64,000 bases of DNA, from NCBI GenBank assembly GCA_026770705.1, contig JANJGN010000041.1, forward strand, positions 6,262,001 through 6,326,000. The letters are read 5' to 3'. The stretch is from Isurus oxyrinchus. Taxonomy: Eukaryota. Position numbers and translations under genes: made by a program. Under the pieces are notes generated by a model, which searched no databases, had not been told where the DNA came from, and saw nothing but the letters and a program-made list of their open reading frames with translations. Shown in pieces: positions 12,120 through 23,000 of this stretch. Numbering within the stretch: the first letter of the stretch is position 1; every line of letters starts with the position of its first letter.

Positions 12120-14129
12120 AAAAGTCATTGTTTGAATTGTGCGCTGTGGAATATGTGGTCATGCTTTTGATTAGCAAATCGGTTTTCATCTCCCCATGAT
12201 GATTTACCTAAAGAGTAGTTCGTCATCACTTGGGACAGAAGACAGATTTGCAAGTATACATTGTGAGTAAAAGTTTCTGGAAAGATCTGGGTATCACAAT
12301 CCCCTCTCGGTAACGGCACTTCAATCCATCATGCTGTCTGCTTCCATCTTGGAGACATCGCAATGTTTACACAAAATTACGCATCCCAACGTTTATCCAG
12401 GGCACTTCATTCAAATGAATGAATCGACAATGGCGCAAGTCATATCAGATTTTTCGATAACCGATGAGGTCAACGTAATTCACATCAAAACCACGATTGA
12501 GCATCCAGGCCGAACTGACGACAACCCGCTCCAGGTAATATCACAGCTTTACATCACCCGGAACCGAAGCTGTTGAAGCCTGAAATAAGTTTGCTATGGC
12601 CAGAGTGCCAACTGAAATGTACTCAGTGTATTTCGCTAAGCACCAAACTGGCAAACGCAGAAAGGAAAGAACATTTGAAGTCACGAAAATGTCCATTCCA
12701 CATTCCACACTTAAACGCCATTCTTGAATTTAGTCATTACTTGTGTTATGTGATCACTTCCCTTCAGCATATATAAATTCAAGCCAAAAGAAATAACAAC
12801 ATTGCATGCAGTCGTCTCAAATGACCAAGATAATCTTGTGCAAAAACAGATTTTCGCCAAGAATCCCCTGGTTCTGTCAGCAACGCATCAAATATTTGCC
12901 GCCTGGTAATTTGTTGCACTTCAACTAACCTTCTGACTGTCAAATGAGTCTGGATTTTGAACGACACTCAACAAACTCTTCAGAACACACGGTGCTTAAA
13001 AGTGAAATAAGCTATTCGATTTCACTTTTGCATGCAACCCGAATTATGCATGGCTTGTTCCTCACACCTAACAGGTTCTCTCCCAAGTGAGACGAACAGG
13101 TGAAAAAAATGTCTGCTGGGCGAGAAAACCAATCAATTTTAATAGACAACTAAATTATTGGAAAAAGTCAGCAGGCCTGAAAAAATCTGTGGAAAGTAAG
13201 ACACGGTTTACTTTACGAGTCTGTGTGGCACTTCCAAAAAACGGTAATTTTTAAACTTTGTTTGGACGTGTTTGTAGATGTTGCTTTAAGCAGTCTATCC
13301 TCACCACATTACTCCACTCCTCTTTAGGCAGTTAACATTCAGTCTGAAATGAAACTAGCCGTGTGGATATCCTATCCAGTCGCCTCATAAACGAATAAAT
13401 CAAATCACGCTCTCCCCATGTAGCCTCCGCTCCTCTGACCTCAACTCCCTCTGCTGGTCCTCAATTCTGCATCGACAGCTTTCCAGAAATTGATGATTTT
13501 TAACCCTTCGATCGAACGCCCTTTTTTATTTCTGTGCTGAAAGCTGATCATGAGATTTCAAGCTTTTTGTTATCCATTCTGCATGACGCCCCTTTCGTAC
13601 ACGGATCCTATTGCTGCACTAAGGCTTTATCTCTGAAGAGGGACCAAGAAGGACATAAGATAGAGAGTGACATAGCCCATGATTTGGAAACGTTGCTTCT
13701 GTCAATATTGCTTATGTTGCTGCATGTAAAAGAAGAAATTAGCCTCTTCCAATACTGGTTATATGTCATGTTTAGCATCTGACAAATTGACATGGTTTTT
13801 GCGGATATTGGAAATAGAGCAGCGAGTGTCACTGCAGCAGAAAGGCGTTTGAAGCGTATGGCCGACTTTAATTCCTTTCGAATTCTTTGCTAGACTTTGT
13901 GAGTGAAGAAATGCGTGAAATAGCTGAGGAAGAAGCAGCTTTGCTTCAGCACAACGGACAAAACCGATGCCATTCAACGATTTTTAAGAAAGAAGATTTA
14001 TCCAGTATAAACCGATGGAAGGTAAGTGTCTGCATTGAGCAGGCAAAGTGTGTAACTATTGCTTCAAAATGAAAATCTCACCGCAAACTGGAACCTTACT
14101 GGCTCCCTTGGAAAGCAGAAGCAGGCCGC

Positions 14130-14201
14130 TCCTCGTTCGTATAGTGGGGAGTATCCCCGCCTGTCACGCAGGAGACTGAGGTTTAAATTCCCGACGGGTA
14201 G
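14130..14201 (+). pseudogene. tRNA-Asp(GTC) pseudogene
   Basis: TCCTCGTTcGTATAGTGGgGAGTATCCCCGCCTGTCACGCaGGAGACtGaGGTTtaAaTtCCCGACGGGtAG; anticodon GTC at 14163-14165; B box GTTCGA changed to GTTTAA. Confidence 0.88.
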
Positions 14202-14759
14202 ACAAGTCCATGGTCATATATTGCGAGGTCGAAAGCGTTACCATGCTTTTGATTCGCAAACTGCTTTTAATTTCCACAATGTGATTGACAGAATGGGTAT
14301 CTACAGGAGAGAAGGCAGATTTGCTCAAATATAAAATGAGCAGATTTTCTGGACAGATGAGTTTATCAAAATCACTTGTGATCAACGGCGCTTTCCGCCA
14401 TTATTCTGTACCCTTACATCTTGTAAGCGTCGAAACGATTACCCAAAATATCGCATTTCCATATGTGTCCACTGCTTATGCTGCCTGAGTTCCTGGTGCT
14501 GGTGCAGCACATCAATGTCGATGGAGTATTGAGTGCACGCTTTATATTCGGAGGTTAGTACATCTCTCATGAAGCATTAAGAGAGAGAGGCGGAGGCAAT
14601 TCAGCCAATGGAAGCTGCGCTGCTTTTCATTTGCAATGTAGCTGACATGTGTCGGAACTCCATCAATGCACATTGGCTCCATGACACTTGAACATTTTTC
14701 AAAATGAAAGCTACCAAATGCAGTTTTTAAAATGATTCATTTGTTTTCTAAATTAACCT

Positions 14760-15170
14760 CAAAGCACCATGTTGTTAATCCTTGTCTCCTCGTACTACCC
14801 CTCTCCCTGTAGTCACTTACTGATATATTGCATCATTCATATACCATGTTTCCAAATCCCGAGATCTGCTCATCCCCTCCTTATCTCTGAAATCATCTCC
14901 TGCCCAATAATTAATTCAGGTATTAATGGTTCTCGAATTCACCCCTCATTTGCTTTGCTTGGCAGGAATGCATTCTGCTGCTGGAGCCTCAAACTCCTGT
15001 ATTCCGTCTGTTCGCCTCTCCACCTCTCTCTTCCCGTTTTAGATAATCCCTAAAATAAAATGTTCTCATTTGAACTTGAGGTCGACTATTCCTAATATGT
15101 TTCGGGGTGGGTTTTGGTAATTTATCCCACTCTCAGCCTTCTGTGTGGCGCCTTGGGACATTTCTTCACT
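14760..15170 (+). mobile_element. L2-type LINE 3' end remnant
   Basis: Degenerate L2 C-terminal region and a terminal ..gtggcgccttgggacatttc.. motif. Confidence 0.5.
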
Positions 15171-15224
15171 CACCTGGAGGGACAAAGATATCACCTTGCT
15201 AATTGGGCAGTGCAGATGCCTCCG

Positions 15225-15610
15225 TTCATCTCAGTTTGACACGATTGGAGCACTCTGAGTATGGCTGGTCCCATATCCCTCACTTCTAACACAGTCTGAG
15301 GACCGTGTGCAGTGTTGGTGTCTGTATCCCTCTGCTAGAGCACCCTTGGAGAACTGTCCGCAGTTCTGGTCTCCATATCACTCGGTTAGACCACACTTGG
15401 AGCGCTGAGCAAAGTTCTGGTCACAATATCCCTCGGTTTGTTAACATTTGTAGCGCTGTGCACATTTCTGGTCTCGATATCCCTCTGTTAGACCGCACTT
15501 GGAGCGTTGTGCACAGATCCGGTCTCCATATCCATTCGTTAGCCGAAGCATGGATCTCTGAGCACAGTTATGGTCTAATATGCGTTGGTTAGACCACACC
15601 TGGAGTATTG
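15225..15610 (+). repeat. 51-bp minisatellite (~7 copies) derived from the CR1 RT C-terminal motif
   Basis: Unit ~ccctcggttagaccacacttggagcgctgtgcacagttctggtctccatat. One frame gives SVRPHLERCAQFWSPY (CR1 LVRPHLEYCVQFWSPY); ORF 15305-15592 has 17-aa periodicity. Confidence 0.85.
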
Positions 15611-16660
15611 CGATGAAGTGAAGCAATTGTGTGCAAAGTTATTTCCGCTCCCACGACCAAACCCCACAACCACCAAACGCGCAGTGGAGTTAATCATGTT
15701 GTGCTTATTGCTGCTTCCGTTTTATTTCATCATATAACCTTCGGATTTCCAGATTTATATTGGCGCTCATGAGATTTCAAGTTTCCAAATTCACAGACGT
15801 GAGTGAACATATGAACCATTGAACTGTGGGTCACAGGCATGATGGATTGCTTGCGTTTGTGAACAAAGAGTTTTGTGAATTAAAGATAGAGCAAGAGGTC
15901 ATTTTGGTCCAGCGAACTGGCCTCACCAGATCAGGCTGCTTGTTGTTATTAGTTATCTTTCGAGACAGAGTGCTGAAGAACGGGACTTCTGAGCAAACAC
16001 ACCAAACAATGCAAATGGGATTTCTCAACATCAGCTTTGAAAACCAGCAAGCCTGAAAACAATTGTTTCTGAAAGCGAAATTCATAAAGGAAACTGGACA
16101 TCAGCTTCTATTCACCCATTTCAAAGGGAAATGTACCTGACGTTTAAGGGGATAAACAAATTCCAACTTTCAAAAGAAGAACGCTAGTCGGAAACAGTTC
16201 AGGCGGCTCCTTGAAAAAAACATGTTTTTTTTGGAAGAAATAAATTGAACACTAAATTCAACATGGAGCAACATTAAAAATCGGACACAGCTAAAAGGTT
16301 ACTTCTGTCAAACCAAAATTATACCTGAAGAAAGAACAAACAGGGCAACACATGCTAATAACTGGAGTCAAGCGTTTGATTCCAATTTCAAAGATATTAT
16401 CAAAAATTTTCCTTTTCAGCGCATTCGACCATGACTCAGTGCCAATGGCGCTCTAATTTGAAAACAAAATGCAGAACAATCATCACAAAATCGGTCAAAC
16501 CTTCTCTGTCAGTCTTCAAGGCCATGCTGCCACCAGTGTATTACTCAGGGGTGCAAAATAAACTGGAATTTTGGCAGATGAAAAATGACTTGCGGTCGCC
16601 CAGGACACAGTTTGAAGAACATCACATGCTATCATCATGCCATTACAAGCCAACAAGCGG

Positions 16661-17030
16661 TTACGAAATGATATTCAGAGGTCTGTTAAATCCTGCCATC
16701 TTGTTATTGCATTGAGAATACTGCCTTTTCCGGTGCATCTTAAAACATAAGCATTAACCGAGCCCTCCAGTTTCTTGCCCTTCTTAATGTGAAAAACATC
16801 AAACTCCATCACTTTCAGCAGTTCAGCCTCTGCTTCGGTCTTTCCCTCCATCCCTGCCTCCACATTCTCTTGTTGTTCTGAAACGTGACCTTTCTGTTTC
16901 GAAGACTTGTGAGCTGACCTCGAGGTACACCTGCCACGTTCCCGGTCTCGATCTTATGACCTTGAACGGCCATGTCACCTGGCTCCCCGCACTTTGCCCT
17001 ACAATATTTCCCCAGGCCTCATGAACGAGG
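16661..17030 (-). pseudogene. SNRNP27: SNRNP27-like (U4/U6.U5 27K) processed pseudogene, copy A
   Basis: HGRSRS*DRDRERGR..EGKTEAEAELLKVMEF..KGKKLEGSVNAY, frameshift, then HRKRQY..AGFNRPLNIIS*. Matches the SNRNP27 C-terminus (EGKTEEEIEMMKLMGF..KGKKVDGSVNAY..KGGFNRPLDFIA*); no introns. Confidence 0.88.
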
Positions 17031-17449
17031 TGAGGTATTCAGTATTGCAACTGTATGAGGATCCGAGGAAAGGATTGAGGGTAAGATCTAGAAGTAGGGT
17101 AAAAAGGCAAACCTCAGTCGTGAATTGGCAGAACCCACCTCCGGTGTCGTTCAATGTAACACATCAATTTCGTGTCCATGTACGTTCTAATCAATGTAAA
17201 GAGTAGATTAAGGGAATAACGTTAGATTGTTATCTTTGATATAAGTTTCTCTTTGCCTACAAGCTTTTTATGAGAATTAAAATTGATCATTTGGCCGCCA
17301 GTTGAGACATTGGGACCGTAGAGGAGTAGGAAAACAAAGAGCTTGAGATAACTACCCCCTTTTATCGTTTTGGAAGTTACCTGGAAAAAACAGAATGAAT
17401 TATTGATTGGCGCATCCTTTTAAACATATGAAATCCCAGATTGAAGTTG

Positions 17450-17990
17450 ATTGGCAGAATCCTGTATCCCCAGATTCAGATCTCCAGCCTCCAGTAAGAC
17501 GGATATTTTGGAAACGAATTTAAATTATATGTCCCCTGATTCAGATCTCCAGCCGACAGTAACAACTATGTTTTGGAGATGAATTTAAAACCTGTGCACA
17601 ATGATTCAGATCTCCAGTCTGCAGGAACAGGGATTTGTTGGAGGAGGTTTTGAATCTTGTCTCCACTTTTCCAGATCTCTATCCTGGGGTACGTGGGAAG
17701 TTGTGGAGATGCAAGTGAGTACTGTAGCCGCTGATCCAGATTTGGAGTCTGGAGTCAACAGCCATGGTTAGAGATGGACTTCAATCCTCTATCCATGGGT
17801 CCAGGTATGCTTTCAGAGGTTCATGGGATGTTCTGGAGAAGGTTTTAAATCCTCTATGCATTGGTCCAGATCTGCAGTCTGCAGTCACTGGCATGTTGCT
17901 GAGGTGAATGTGAATCATGCACCCCCTGATCCAGATCTTCAGTCTGAAGCTTCAAGGATGGTATGTAGTTGTAGCTGAAAACGATATCCA
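17450..17990. repeat. 65-bp minisatellite (~8 copies), within duplication A
   Basis: gattcagatctccag.. starts at 17473, 17538 and 17603 (period 65). Confidence 0.9.
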
Positions 17991-19271
17991 TTGACTCACG
18001 TTTCAAGATTCTCCTTCAAGAAGTTGGTGTCCATACGTTGATGGTTTTCTATTTTAATCAACAAGAATGGACAAGCTTAGATTTCTGTCTGTACTGCATT
18101 ATAAACTCCCTTAAAGCCCTCCCACAAATAATTCAGAATTAAAGTATTATGAGGGACCAAGAGACAGTGAATATTAAGAACATCTTCCCATGGGCAGGGA
18201 GGGCAATGTCCAGGTTAAATATATTCAGTGAAACTGCTGGAAAAGGTACACTGAAATTGAGTCCTTTTTTCACCCAGAGGCTGGTGGGTGTTTGGATCTC
18301 GCTGTCCCAAAAGGGAATAGAGTGAAAGACACTCTCACATTTAAAGCAAAATAACTCGGGTATGAAGTTTAAATGCAGTTACTGCCAATAGCAGAACGGG
18401 TAAAACGTTTTGTGACTAAATTTAATCCGTGTAAATCATTGAACGTTTACAGGAGAAAGGGAGTCCATTCAGCTCTTCACACCTGTATTAACTGCCTGCA
18501 AATGTTATTCATCTGGTCCCCGTGCTCCGCCCTTCCCTGTAGACAGGTAAATATACCTCTTTCAAGCTCAATACCAATTGCCTCTTGAAAACCATGATCA
18601 AAATTCCCTCAATCACATCCGAGACCATTCCCGCAGGCTGTATTAACTCCCCCATCCTCACTCTCTTCCCGCTTTTTATAAACCATTTCCTGACTACTTA
18701 GAATATAAGTCTGTTTTCCAGGCCCTTGGCTTTAAAGCTTCCGTTTCTGCCGGGGGTTTCTTAATCTAAGTCCACTTCATGCATTTATAAAAACAGACGC
18801 TTGCCCAGGGGTAAAATAATTTGCGACATCACCCCGGCGTTACTAACCACTGTTTGTAACCGTTTTTGTTATGATTTTTACCGCCAGCCTACCACTAGGC
18901 TATATTAGCCAACGCCCCCTCCCAGATTAAATCACCATTGAACCTAACCCCAGACCACCCTGTTGCTTATCAGACCCTCACTGGAGATTAAGGATCCAGC
19001 CCCCGCTTCGCAGAGCTTTCAAACAGTTTGCTCTCTATCAGGGTTCTCAACGTTGCCCCCTCTCTCACAGTTTTTATTAATGAGAAAAATCCCGTCGTTG
19101 AATACTAAGATCAGCCCCTAACCAGCATTCATGGATTAGCCACCCTTACCTGCTGCTCTCCGTATGCCGCTTGCACCCAGCGCATTTTATTAAAACGCTC
19201 CCATGAACTGAGTCTATTGATCCAAATGTTCTTCTTATGGTTGAAACAAGGGTCTAGCCCAAAGGGGTATG

Positions 19272-19402
19272 NNNNNNNNNNNNNNNNNNNNNNNNNNNNN
19301 NNNNNNNNNNNNNNNNNNNNNNNNNNNNNNNNNNNNNNNNNNNNNNNNNNNNNNNNNNNNNNNNNNNNNNNNNNNNNNNNNNNNNNNNNNNNNNNNNNNN
19401 NN
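19272..19402. other. Assembly gap
   Basis: Run of N. Confidence 1.
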
Positions 19403-20083
19403 TTGCTTTCTTTCTCAGCAGTTTTCTCTCCACGTTTCATATGGGGTCTTCACCTCCTGTCCCCTCCTCCCGGTGTGTAATTATCCTCCCCCTCGTCCTC
19501 AGTTTCATTAACCCCAACCAGCCCCTCCCCACACTCAAATCACCCAGCACACCGCCCCGCACCCAATCGACCACCACGACCCCATTAGTGCCATGGATGA
19601 AAAGGCCCAGCTTGCTGGCAGGTCTTAGTAAGAGTTTCTGATGGCCCGGGTGTATTTAGAGACTCATTGACCAACAGCTCCTGCACATGTGTTTTTTGAA
19701 AATCCTCCCTCAGCTCAATTTACAGGTCAATTGCCATCTCATTCCCCAAGGCTTAGTGAACCGTTGGTGGCACCTGGGCTACAAACCATCCCTTTCCTTG
19801 AGCATTTCCAAACCAATACACTAGGCCCTTTTTGCAATAAACTCAAAGCTCCACCAAGATTACTAACTCTCTCCCTACCAAGGCATATTAAACCTGTCCC
19901 TCTTCAACTGTTATGATCTTGCTAAGTAATTTATAATTCTCTTCTTAGAGCGATAGTGGTGAAATTATTCCGAGACGGTCCAAATACTTTCAAATTCTTG
20001 TAAAAGTGCTGTGTCCAGTACTGAAAACAATATCTCTTTGATGGCTTGATGTTCTGCATTTTGGAAATCTAGTTAAACCATAT

Positions 20084-23000
20084 TGTGACGAATGTATAAG
20101 ATTTCTTGTGATATTATTCTGTATTTAGGTTAATATTGGGTTTCAGAAAGTTTCAGTGCATGTGTGTGTGTGAATTAATTTAAATGCAGACATAATTAAA
20201 TTGATAATTTTCGGGGCCTTCATCAATAAAATAAGGAAGTTCTGAAATGCAAAATATGTAAACATGGCTGCAGATTTGGAATGTGAGATGAGTAAAGTAT
20301 GCATTTTAGGTAAATTTGGGTAGTTTGAGTTTCAAAGAGGATTTAACACCTAGCCTGTGAAGCCTAGCAAAGCGGCGTGTTTATATTGGATTCAAAAAGG
20401 TTAACAATAACATTAGCACTATGTAATGATTTTTTGTAGGGAAAAAAAGTAATGTTCGATAGCCATATTGGGAAAATGACATTTTCAATAAAAGGGAAAA
20501 AACATGTTAAATGGATGTAGAAGTTCTTTATTAGAGGAGACATAGCAAAATCTAACATAAATGGGAAAAAGCCCCCATCGTTTGAGCATTAAGCCTCTGT
20601 CTACAGAAATCAAAGCTGTGAAAAACGCCACTTTGAATTCTTCTATCCAGGGTGTTGTGTTGACTAGCCTGGATGTGATTCAGGTTTTACTGTTACTGTA
20701 ATGAGGGTATAAATGGAAATCACGTTAATTAGGCTTTCTGGGCTTTATTATTGTATTAATTTGTACACCTATGAATTTACTTTAAATCTTAATTGTTGTT
20801 ATTAAATGTTTGATTTAATTTTCCGAAATCTTGCTGGTCTTCTTACCCCTCAATTCAGGGCATGCATCTCGAAACAAATACATAATGCAAAACCGTTGTG
20901 ACTGCTTTATCAGGTATTTTTTTGTAGGATTCTTCCAACTAGCACACATCACCTGCCGCATCATAAAAAGTGTTGATCCTTGCTATAGGTTTGAAAATAC
21001 TTGTGTGGCTTGGAGTAGCTGAACTTTAACGTTGCAAATACGAGACGCACTTTGAATTAAGGAGTTGGTGTGAAATGTTGTTTTTAAAAAGTCGGGAGAC
21101 TGCAAGATGCCCGTATCAATGGGTAAATCGTTGTTGGAAATAGCAGGAATAACTCTGATTTGTTTACCAGAATAAAAGCTAATGTAAACAACAGGTCTGT
21201 TGGTTAAGTTGCTTTTGAGGTTAAATGTGAGAGAAAAGAAAGCAGACATAGTTGAAGTGATAGCGCAGCATTTTAAGTTGGAAGTGAAAACTGAAAGTAA
21301 TGAGTCAACTCTGGTGGTAGCGAAACTCCAGTTGGAATTGAGGAGGCATTAATTTCAATGAGCAAAGGAACTGGAAAACCTTGAACTGGATGCAAAAGAA
21401 AAACGAAAGAGAGATTGTTTCAAAAATATATTGGAAATGTGAAAACTCCAGAGGAAAACATTAACAATTCACGAGAGAGTCAAGGAAAGTGACAGAGAGT
21501 TCTGACTTTAATACGTTAGAGTTTACAAAAAGAGACATATGATGCAGATAAATGTTGTGATAATGAAAAACCTATAACCCGTGGGTGAGATATCTAAACT
21601 TGTGCAAGCTTTTCCAAAGATTGAAGAAAAAGTTGTGAAGTCGCACTCTGTTACAGTTGAGAAGATAATACAGAGATGAAAAGGCCAGAAGTAAACTTGA
21701 CATTGTAGTTACGGTATAGATAATTGGGTAGAGCTCATTTTGGTTATGCGTCACTGTCAGCAGGAAGGTCAGTAGACTTTCACGTGATAAAATACATATT
21801 TTGAGTGCATATGAGTTGGATCTTGAGGCAGACATGAAGAAATTTAGGAGTATAAGAAAGTAGCCTGGGAACATGTAACCTGAGTTTAGGAGAGTGTAAC
21901 ACAGTAATTTCGACTGATAAATCCAGGAATTAAATACAGAGACAACATATGCTGCTTTAGAGAATCAATTATTTTAGATTAACTAAAGTATTCGTGACCT
22001 TCAGAAGTGAGATCTCATGTTGATGGACAGAGGGTTACAACAGTAAGACATGCCGCAGAAATAGATGATCATTAAATGTTATCTCGTACACCCAATTATT
22101 TTTTGGCACACTTTTAAATAAGGGAGGCAGAGAAAATAGGAAGCTAAAGGACTGTGTGCAATCAGGGGAGGGAGGGAGTAGTTGCAAATTCCATGGCATT
22201 CAGTGTTTTTGACCTGATATTTGGTTTCATAAAGATGTTTTTAGTTTCTGCCAGAAATGACATACATGCCAATAGTGGCGAAACCACAATCAGCAATTAA
22301 AGCGCACCCTTTATTCATTCCAATACCAGCTTGTAGAGAACCATTTAGCACTTCCTTAATAGATTGTTTTGGACCCTCAGCTGAAGCAGAAGTGGGAAAC
22401 AGTGTCTTTCAAAAATTATGGTAGCTCTAACAACATTTCCAGCGGCAGTGCATTTCGGGAAGATCATAGTGAAAATTGCAGGGGAAAAGCCATTTCACTT
22501 CTTCGCAATATGTTGGTTACCTCTGGAAAAGCAATTAGATCAAGGCTCAAATTTTATGTCACAAATATTCAAATCAAAAAAATGGAAAGTTTGGGAACGG
22601 AGAAAAAAATCAGCCTTTAGCATAATACTCACAATCATAAGGAACTTTAGCAAGTTGAAATCTAATGTTAAAGAGCACGATTAAAGTTTATTGAAAATGA
22701 TGTTCCATTTTTGGGATAAAGTCCCTCCATTTGCATTTCTAAGGGATGCCCACGGGGAGTCCATGGCATTCAGTGTTTTTGACCTGATATTTGAGGTAGT
22801 GGCGGGAGATGCAGTGAAATTAATTAAAGAAAAAGTTATCAATCAAGGTTCCGAGAATTCACATTAGAACAAAATGTCAGATCGCTGGGAAAGACTAAGC
22901 AAGGCCTGTGGGTCGTCCAAAAACATATAAAAATAGAAATGCTCCACAATACTGAAGGCAAGAGCAGATATCTCTTCTAAAGATCAAAGTTTTCTTGCTG

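Larger units (their letters stand above)
11000..12960 (-). mobile_element. Highly decayed L1/Tx1-like ORF2 remnant (tentative), interrupted by a tRNA-containing unit
   Basis: Minus-strand fragments SRMAFKCGMWN (cf. SKMGFGEGIRNW), CKAVILPGAGCRQF (cf. IRGVTIPGSGG.Q), SSWGDENR, DHLLL and FPGNT, in the expected order but weakly similar. Confidence 0.4.
15644..17998 (+). repeat. Segmental duplication copy A (~2.35 kb; paralog at 41823-44207)
   Basis: Colinear from tccgctc..gtggagttaatcatgttg to ..cattgactcac; roughly 80% identity by eye. Confidence 0.93.

Noticed and set aside
11328-12780. MULE transposase interpretation
   Set aside because: Only isolated weak matches; the ordered motifs fit an L1/Tx1 ORF2 better.
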